Shown: positions 56,395 through 64,000 of the stretch, piece by piece
Position numbering within the stretch: position 1 is the stretch's first letter
Layout: every line of letters begins with the position of its first letter
NCBI GenBank assembly: GCA_051294375.1
Contig: CM119264.1
Location: 24,476,664 to 24,540,663 of the forward strand
Source: Paraspadella gotoi
Taxonomy: Eukaryota; Animalia; Chaetognatha
Direction of reading: 5' to 3'
Length of the DNA stretch: 64,000 bases
Translations under genes and position numbers: made by a program
Notes under the pieces: generated by a model
Databases searched by the model: none
The model's input: the letters and a program-made list of their open reading frames with translations, nothing else
Told to the model about the DNA's origin: nothing

Positions 56395-57803
56395 ATTCTT
56401 AGGAATTTTCTTCGCGTTGCACTAAAGCCAAAAGAAAGAAAAGAAAAAAGAAAAATCGGGGAAGAGCGAAGACGAAGCGTGAAAAGTTTTTATTTTATTT
56501 CCTTTTTTTTTTTAAGAAAGATAATTATGGCGACCAGAAATTCTTTCGACTCACTCGGAATTTTACGAATTGACGAACAAGAGTGAGCACAGAAATATAT
56601 CGTTCACTAAAAAAACCTGAAGGATAAAAAAATGAGAAAGAGAAAGGATGGAACAAAGGGAAGAAGGGAGAAAAAAAAAGGAAGCAAGGAGGTAAGGAGA
56701 GAGAAATGGAATGACGGAAAGTGTTAAGAAAAGCAATTAAGCAAGGAAGAAGGACAGATAAAAGGAAGACAAAAGACAAAAGAGATAAAAAAAGGAAGGA
56801 GAAATGAAGGACTAGAAGAAGAGAAATAGAAGGAAGAAAGGAAGGATGGAGAGAGAAAAGAAGAAAGAAATTAAGAATGAAGTGGGTGAAAAAGAAGGGA
56901 ATGAAGGAAGAGAAAAAAATGATGGAAAGAAGGACGGACATTGTCGATGAACTTAACTCTGAATATTTTTTTCCCGCGGCTCCTTATTTTTTTTTTCGGC
57001 TCGTGGACTCAAAGCCCTGCGGCTTCTCTTCTACCCACCAAAAAAAAATATCCTCCGCATTTGTACTTTAAAAAGAGGAAAAGAAAGAACCATTTTTCTC
57101 GCTCCCCACAGAATCCAGTCACCTTCTAAAATCCGGTTTATACTTTTGGAATCAATGAAGAGGAGAAGAAAAATCTCGGCGGAACCTGGGATGGAGATTC
57201 ATGGACGGTCACATGACGCCTTTTGGATGGAAATGGGAGGAAAGGGGGAGGAAAGGGAGGAAAAGAGGAAGAAATGAAAGAGAAAGTATAGAATGACAGG
57301 AGGAAAAGAGAGATATAAATTAAAGAGATGGGATATAAAGAAAAAGGGTAAAAGAGAAGAAATGTAGAGAAGAGAAGGAGTTGCGAAAGAAAGGAGAGAA
57401 AAGGGGTCGGAAGGGCGATGATAACGTAAGTTAAGAAAAGAGGAGAAAGTGACGAAATAGACTGAAAGAGAAGAATAAAAGTGAAGAAAAAGAAAAGTCG
57501 CTCAGTGTACTCTCTTACTCTTTGACGATCGTCGCAGATGGATCCGCGACTCGGATGAAATCTACCAAGAACTCTCTGATTGGATGAATCATCGGCGGAA
57601 TCAACAATGAGAAGACGGGCTTCATTGCCATCGGAAAACGAGCCCGTGTCGATGATCCGATTGTAGAGTATAAATACCTGACCATTTGGATTGAATTGAA
57701 TCCATCTGTCTCAAATTCTGGACACCGTCTTTGTTTGTGACTTTTCTCAGATTTATAATCCACTTTGGTTTCATGTTGAAATCTCTGTCTACTTACTTAA
57801 ATT

Positions 57804-57849
57804 TGATAGCAGTGGTGCGGATTCGAACCCACGCCTCCGCAGAGGACTG
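57804..57849 (-). pseudogene. 3' half of tRNA-Leu (copy 2)
   Basis: tgatagcagtggtgcggattcgaacccacgcctccgcagaggactg, same as 11801-11844 with small indels. Confidence 0.8.
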
Positions 57850-58086
57850 CTGAGTTAGTCTGTGTGAGAACATCGATGAATAATCTTTAGTAAACAATCG
57901 ATACAAAATCTAAGTAAAAACATTCCTTAAGAACCAAGGAAGCATTTTGGTTGAACCGACGATTTTTTCTCTCGGTGATAAAATTAAAAAGCATTAACTA
58001 TTAGTTTGAGATACTTAATCATAAAAGATAAATTTTAACTTTAGAAAATTGTGATATAAATCCTTTCTTTTCGTTGTTTGAGAGAA

Positions 58087-58248
58087 TTAGAGACAGTTTG
58101 AGTTTAGTTTTTTTCTTTCTCTCTGACTTTACACAAAATATTTTCCAAATTCACATTAACGCTGATGAAGGCTTGAAATGAAGCCGAAACATGTCTGTTT
58201 TACAATAAAACAAAATCGTTGATAAAACTAAACTCAAACTGTCTCTAA
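58087..58248 (+). mobile_element. 162-bp mini Penelope-like element with hammerhead and 25-bp terminal inverted repeats
   Basis: ttagagacagtttgagtttagtttt (58087-58111) and aaaactaaactcaaactgtctctaa (58224-58248). Like the larger PLE, it ends in tctctaa about 53 nt after the ribozyme cleavage site. Confidence 0.75.
58158..58199 (+). ncRNA. Minimal type I hammerhead ribozyme
   Basis: aacg-CTGATGA-a-ggctt-gaaatg-aagcc-GAAA-catgtc-tgtt. Stem II shows a compensatory change (C-G to T-A) relative to the PLE copies. Confidence 0.85.
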
Positions 58249-58316
58249 CTTGAGAAAAAGAATTCAGAGACATATTTCATATAATAAAATCAACGGTTCC
58301 ATCATCAAGCGACACC

Positions 58317-58395
58317 ATGACAAAACATTTGGTTGTCTTGCTTTTCTTTGGTTTGCTCTATCTCGGGCTAGTCTCGCCGAGGGCAGTACACCCAG
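58317..58395 (+). CDS. Secreted acidic protein, exon 1 (signal peptide)
   Basis: Kozak-like caccATG; MTKHLVVLLFFGLLYLGLVSPRAVHP; donor CAG/GTAATT, phase 1. Exact residues are uncertain because the other copy differs by indels. Confidence 0.8.
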
Positions 58396-58571
58396 GTAAT
58401 TTTATGATACTATCTGATTTATATTGTAATAATGAAAAGTTGCTTTGACTGGCGCTGTGGTTAATTAGCGACGTTCAATTTACATAAATATATCTAGAAG
58501 CAACAAAGAAGCGATAGCCCGATATTTAACCGAAAATTATCTAGAGTAAGTATGGGGTTTTTCGTTCCCAG

Positions 58572-58736
58572 GCAACGAGGACAAACAAGGCGAAAACGAG
58601 GCGGATTTGGCGCGCGAAAACGGAGAAGTCGAGATCGACGTCAAGCGTCTGCGGGCCAAGGATTTTGACCAAGATGACGACGGCAAAGACGATGTGAAGA
58701 AAGACAACGACGACGACGACGTCGGAGAGGTCAACA

Positions 58737-58776
<40 letters not shown>

Positions 58777-58907
58777 CGGAGAGACCAACAGCGACGACGA
58801 CGGCGACGACGACGGCGACGAGAACGCTCTAGGCGAAGACGAAGATCAAAACGTCGCCGACGCAATCGCCGTGAAGGGACAGATCGAGCTCGAGAAGCTG
58901 AAACAAG
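58572..58907 (+). CDS. Secreted acidic protein, exon 2 (Asp/Glu-rich)
   Basis: Acceptor ttttcgttcccAG. The phase-1 join enters the ORF 58607..58930 frame (GNEDKQGENEADLARENG...DDDD...GQIELEKLKQ); donor G/GTGACG. Confidence 0.8.
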
Positions 58908-59208
58908 GTGACGACTTAATGCTGTATTAAATACTTGATACTTAATACTTAATATTACTAATAATAATTAATAGCTAAACGGCTCATCATTTCAGTATAA
59001 AGATATAAATATAAAGATTTAATTGTTGGGTTGATTCGTTAACGAAACGTATATAAAACCATCTAAACACTTTGTTTAAGAGAAACGCAAGGCCCGTAGA
59101 CTTTTGGTTTGATATCTTAGCCCTCATTATATGTTAATGATTTCATAAAAGTAAAACGAATTTAATGAGTTAATTTCCTTCACTTTTTCTTCATTTTTCT
59201 CCCCATAG

Positions 59209-59265
59209 TCGAAAGAGAAGAGAAGAAAAAGCTCAAGGCTCTGAATCGAATCCTGCCCAAATTAG
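59209..59265 (+). CDS. Secreted acidic protein, exon 3
   Basis: Acceptor tttttctccccatAG; VEREEKKKLKALNRILPKL; donor G/GTAAAA; phase 1 to 1. Confidence 0.8.
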
Positions 59266-59351
59266 GTAAAAATCAATTAGAAAAATAAAAAAAATTATAA
59301 TTAATTAATCCACTGGTTACCCGGAAAGAAATACAACTATATCATATCCAG

Positions 59352-59800
59352 ATCACACAGTTGATTCAGGCACCACAGCAGAACCGAGTGTGGAGACCAC
59401 GGAGGAACAAGGAACCACAGCAGAACCGAGTGTGGAGACCACGGAGGAACCAGGAACCACAGCAGAACGAGTGTTGGAGAACCACGGAGGAACCAGGAAC
59501 CACAGCAGAACCGAGTGTGGCAGACCACGGAGGAACCAGGAACCACAGCAGAACCGAGTGTGGAGACCACGGAGGAACCAGGAACCACAGCAGAACCGGA
59601 GTGTGGAGACCACGAGGAACCCAGGAACCACAGCAGAACCGAGTGTGGAGACCACGGAGCAACCAGGAACCACAGCAGAACCGAGTGTGGAGACCACGGA
59701 GCAACCAGGAACCACGGCAGAACCCCAAACGAAGACGACCAATGAACCTCCTAGTAAAGAGTCTTCTGGAGACGAGAAGATCTTAAAGATAGTAGAAGAG
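59352..59800 (+). CDS. Secreted acidic protein, exon 4 (14-aa repeats GTTAEPSVETTEEP)
   Basis: Acceptor atccAG (alternative in-frame AG at 59360); ORF 59390..59854 frame; donor GAG/GTATTT, phase 0. Single-base indels inside the repeat array sum to +3 and look like sequencing errors. Confidence 0.8.
59369..59725 (+). repeat. 42-bp coding minisatellite, 8 copies plus a partial
   Basis: ggaaccacagcagaaccgagtgtggagaccacggaggaacca units. Confidence 0.95.
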
Positions 59801-60376
59801 GTATTTGCAACTTTTAAATGTAGTAACAATTATAGTGAAAAAAAAAAATTTTAAATGAAAGTTTGAACTTGTCAAGATTGACGTCAAAATAACTTGTTAG
59901 TATCTCACTCTTTTAACTATTACATCAGTATATTTGATACTTTGATTAATTTTTGTTATGTCGGTGACCAATTTTTTTTAAACGTTAACGATATGTGTGG
60001 CAAGGTGACGTTGAGGTTCTAAGATCGTGAGACTTGGTGATTAATCACTTAAGGATCCGGATCGCAGGGAAGGCTTAACGTTGGTCTTAATGATTAGACT
60101 GTTTAATTTCTCAGTACCATAATGTATTATCTACATTTGAGACTTAATTAAAAACATTGAAGAATAAAGTTTAAATCAGATTTATTCTTTTTGAGAGTAA
60201 AAGCCAGACTGAATGAATCAGTTTACAATCAATAATAAGGAAGGCAATCATTAAACAAAATAATAATTCATAGTGACATCTTGTGTTGAATTTGGTGTGA
60301 TCCTTGGGAGAAGACAAAAGTCTTGATAATTCATTAAAGGTTTAAGTAAGGATTTCTAAGTTGACTTCTGGTAGTT

Positions 60377-60459
60377 GACTGGTTGGCCCAGGTCGCTCGG
60401 TCAAGGCATCCCAAGTCCTTGGTCCCGGGTTCAACTCCCGGAGCGGATGAATTATTTTT
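60377..60459 (+). pseudogene. tRNA-like Pol III element (tRNA pseudogene or SINE head) in intron 4
   Basis: A-box-like ttggcccaggtcgctcgg, perfect T arm ccggg-ttcaact-cccgg (60425-60441) and a TTTTT run just downstream. No proper anticodon arm. Confidence 0.55.
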
Positions 60460-60616
60460 ATATAGAAATTAATTTGATCGAGGTGGCTACATATGCATAA
60501 TATGCATAATATGCATAACATGCATTGCATATAAATAGGGGGAAAAAGAATACGACAGAATATTCTGACTACTCCTCTCCTAAAACTGCCTCTATCACGC
60601 CCCCCCCCCTGTTAAG

Positions 60617-60809
60617 GTGGTCGACAACATCGCGGGCTCCTTGAAGATGACCCTTACCACGGATTTGAAGAACATCATCGGGAAGAAGATCGTCCAGTTT
60701 ATCTCGAAGGCGAAGGATATAACGAGAAAGGCTGCGGCGGACGACGTGGGCGGAAAGAAGAGACTCGATTGGGTTCGATTGGGGTCGAATCTTCGACAGG
60801 AATTCCAGG
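60617..60809 (+). CDS. Secreted acidic protein, exon 5 (amphipathic helices)
   Basis: Acceptor cccctgttaAG, phase 0; VVDNIAGSLKMTLTTDLKNIIGKKIVQFISKAKDITRKAAADDVGGKKRLDWVRLGSNLRQEFQ; donor G/GTAAGA. Confidence 0.85.
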
Positions 60810-60821
60810 GTAAGAATTTAT

Positions 60822-60960
60822 TTTGAATTGGATTTGATTGAGAATTGGACTTAATTTGAATTGGATTTAATTTGGATTGGATTTAATTTGGATTGGATTT
60901 AATTAAGAATTGCTTTAATTTGAATTGGATTTAATTTGAATTGGATTTGATTGAGAATTG
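60822..60960 (+). repeat. ~15-bp intronic minisatellite (ttgaattggatttaa-like)
   Basis: About nine tandem variants at the start of intron 5. Confidence 0.85.
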
Positions 60961-61290
60961 TTTCTTTTGTGGTCGGAATTTTAACATTTTTAGCTCTGAG
61001 AAGGAAGTTGATGGGTAATAATTTGCTACGTTGGTTCCCATTTGTAGTAATATGAATGTGTAGAGTGTTGATGCATGCATTGAACCGGTAACAAAAGAGA
61101 TTGAGCGCAATTGGTAAATGCTATGAAAATTAGTCGAGTATATGTTTCAATATTTAGTATAGAGGGAGAAAGGATATACAATTATACATATTGTTTGTAT
61201 GAAAGCACTGTTTAGTGGGTAAATATAATGATTAGAAATTTAAAACAGCGAGTTAGTAAGTTGATATAAACTTAAACATCCATCAAACAG

Positions 61291-61418
61291 ACATGGTCAG
61301 CAAGTCGGATGAGCTGAGGCAGATGGTCCAGCATTACCAAAATCTACGGGCCCATTCTTCCTCTGTCAAAGATCTCATTCAAAAGGTCGTCAACCTCGTC
61401 AAAGAACATTCCTCGTAA
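61291..61418 (+). CDS. Secreted acidic protein, last exon
   Basis: Acceptor catcaaacAG, phase 1; DMVSKSDELRQMVQHYQNLRAHSSSVKDLIQKVVNLVKEHSS*. All six exons total 1242 nt (413 aa plus stop). Confidence 0.85.
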
Positions 61419-61452
61419 AGCGAAGGAGGCGCTGAGAGTCGTTTTCACTTTC

Positions 61453-61458
61453 AATAAA
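61453..61458 (+). promoter_or_regulatory. Polyadenylation signal AATAAA
   Basis: Lies 34 nt after the stop codon of the six-exon gene. Confidence 0.7.
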
Positions 61459-61586
61459 CAAAAGGGAAATTTTTTTTGATATGAACGTTATTTGTTATTT
61501 TTTATATGAAAGATGATTTATATAATATAATAATGAATAGCTGAGAGAAGATGAGGAAGAAGAAGATAGAGAGAGAGAGAGATGAG

Positions 61587-61638
<52 letters not shown>

Positions 61639-61877
61639 CTGTTTTAGTAGCGAAATCTTAGGAAGTATGTTTATTTGATTTCTACAATTTTTCTGATTGA
61701 TCTTAAAGCACATTTCGCTTTTGGCCGAAGTTTTAAGATCAATCAGGTAACTAATAGGTGATGAGTGATAAATTTTTTTCAACGTTTCCCTGGTAACCAA
61801 TTATGACATTACAAATAAAGTAACATTTCTTGCTTTTCATTGTAACCAGTAAGCCACCTTAATTCACACTTAATAGA

Positions 61878-61941
<64 letters not shown>

Positions 61942-64000
61942 AGAGAGAGAGAGAGATGAGGAGAGAGAGTGATAATTCTCGTCGACCGACCCAATCGAAT
62001 TTGTCTTTCGGAAGAAGAACCTGCTCTGAGCTTCGAGGCTTCCAAACGCAAAATCGTTCGTCCGTCTTTTTTTGGGCTTTAAAAGGCGGTAGGAAACGAA
62101 GCCCGCCGACCTTGAGAGGAAAAAGTGTTTCGGCCCAGGGTGCTAATTGGATCAAGAAGAGAGAGAGAGAGAAGAGAGAGAGCAGTGTTAGAGAGTGGTA
62201 GAGAGTGAGGGCGACGCCTGTGCGGTGGGTGAGTTTGAAAGTCCGGGTCTCGTGTTTTGTGTCCACTTTTGTGGTGTCCAATTCCTGCTTCTTTTTTTTT
62301 TATTCTTTGTCGCTTTTGCTTCCCTCCCAATTGCGATTCGCAACTATGAGTCATACGTCGTTGCTTAGATAATCGACCGGAAGTACTTTCTTTAATGGAG
62401 ATTTTCGTTAAATCTGACTACCAAACAATGTCAACGCCCCTGGGAATAATTTCAGGTAAAAAATAGGTGATGTAATAAACACTCGTATTCCGGATATGCC
62501 TGTTGCATCTGAAAGGCTCGCATTTTTTTTCTCTTTGACAAATAACCATCATTTTGACATGCAAACCATCAGATTCATAATGGACTTGGTCCGCTCGGGC
62601 GGAAATTATTTTCGATGCCAATTTATTGTTATATATAAAATAAAGGATTTCTCATCCAATACCATATAGTCAACGCCATTTAACATATGTTGGTGATTTT
62701 ACAATAAACATTCAAATTCAGGAATCCGCATTAGCCAGTATGTTCTGAAGGGTCTTCAACGAATTTTTCTTACATTTTATGTTGTCTATTTTGATATTTG
62801 ATACGATCATTGGCGAAAGTGAATTAGTCCATTTTTGGTGAAATTTTTTATTTAAAGTAATAAGTTAAAGAGGAGCTATACGATCGGAATTCTAAGAGTT
62901 TTCATACGGGAGTCAGATTCAGTAAAAATCTATTCTATGGCGAAATCTTCGCAAAGGAAGGGGTGATTGTTCCGAAGATTGTGTGTTGATTATTTTCTTT
63001 ATATTTATGCGTTAGGCATTTTTTTTGAAACTTAATATAACAATATTGCCATCATTTCTACCTTGGCCTGGTATAAGAAATATATTAAAAAAACCTCTGG
63101 CTTTGTGTCTGTCAGAGCCTTAGTCTACGCCAGACGCGTCGCCCCGCCCAATCCCCATTCCTTAAACATCTGCACCAATTATAAATCCGCCATGATCTCT
63201 CTCTCTCTCCTCTCTCTGCTCTCTCTGCTTCTCTTCTCTACATCTCTCTCTCTCTCTCTCTCTCTTCTCTTCTCTCTCTCTCTCTCTCTTCTCGGCTTCC
63301 CTCGATCTTGGTTTCCAAGTCTTTCTTTTCAAATGCTTTCTCCATACCGCCTACATTTTACTTCATCTCATCTTACAGGGGCTACATCTTTGCTACACTG
63401 TTTAAAATCGTGCCCTCACCTCTGCTCCTTACTTTTGCTTCAGTTTCATTGCCGCAAATTTCGCTCGCATCTGCTCCGCTCTTTCACTTCAGCTCCACTT
63501 TAGCTCCACCGCTTTTTTTCTCTGTTTAGGAGTTGCTCTTCTTTCGAAGGAGAGATTTATTTACGACAAACATAACAAGGAAACCGCAGCTGAAGAAGAC
63601 ACCTTACTTAAATACAGATTAGGGTGGAAACGGAGGGGGGGGAAATAGAAGGGAAGATAGGAAAAGAAAAGAGAGAGTGGGAGAGAGGTTGTGGGTGAGA
63701 CAAAGTTAAAGATCAAAACGCAGACGATGTAAGGGAAAGAAACGTGGATCCCAAAAAATCTTTTTGTCTTGGATAAATCAAGGTAATTTAGACCTTTGGT
63801 GGTCGTGAGGGGACGGATAGAGACAACCAACCGCCCCCACTTTCCTCTTTTTTTCAATATTAACCCTCAGAGTCTCGGACTAGTTTTTTTTTCTCTTTCT
63901 CTCTCTTCCGCGATCTATCTTTGTCTACACGACGGAGAAAGTTCCATTACATAAATTTTTAATAACTTTTCATTCTCGCCATTTTTTCTCATTTAAAACG

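Larger units (their letters stand above)
56395..58817 (+). repeat. Segment B', direct copy of 10396-12797
   Basis: Near-identical to segment B; this copy continues into the complete gene. Confidence 0.95.

Noticed and set aside
59369-59725. CRISPR-like array
   Set aside because: Contiguous 42-bp units with no unique spacers, lying in a coding exon; no cas genes and a eukaryotic context.

Overview
Eukaryotic, invertebrate-like, CpG-rich and microsatellite-dense DNA ((GA)n, (GAC)n, (TAA)n) from a gappy, indel-prone assembly. Most ORF-track entries are repeat translations. Reading splice sites by hand gives two phase-consistent genes: a minus-strand SH3-domain gene (about 1.2-3.4 kb) and a six-exon gene at 58317-61418 for a secreted protein of about 413 aa (signal peptide, poly-Asp region, 14-aa Thr/Glu repeats, amphipathic helical C-terminus). 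Mobile DNA includes a 5'-truncated Penelope-like element (GIY-YIG endonuclease remnant between inverted pseudo-LTRs, each carrying a minimal hammerhead ribozyme). A 162-bp hammerhead mini-element sits just upstream of the secreted gene's ATG. There is also a 90-bp RTE-type 3' end with a perfect 12-bp TSD, tRNA-derived elements and a MITE-like element. About half the window is duplicated: an 18.5-kb palindrome (15.6-34.2 kb) and a 7.5-kb block present twice, with its first 5 kb flipped in the second copy. The error pattern suggests these large duplications may be amplification or assembly artefacts. All calls were made by eye; no database searches were run.
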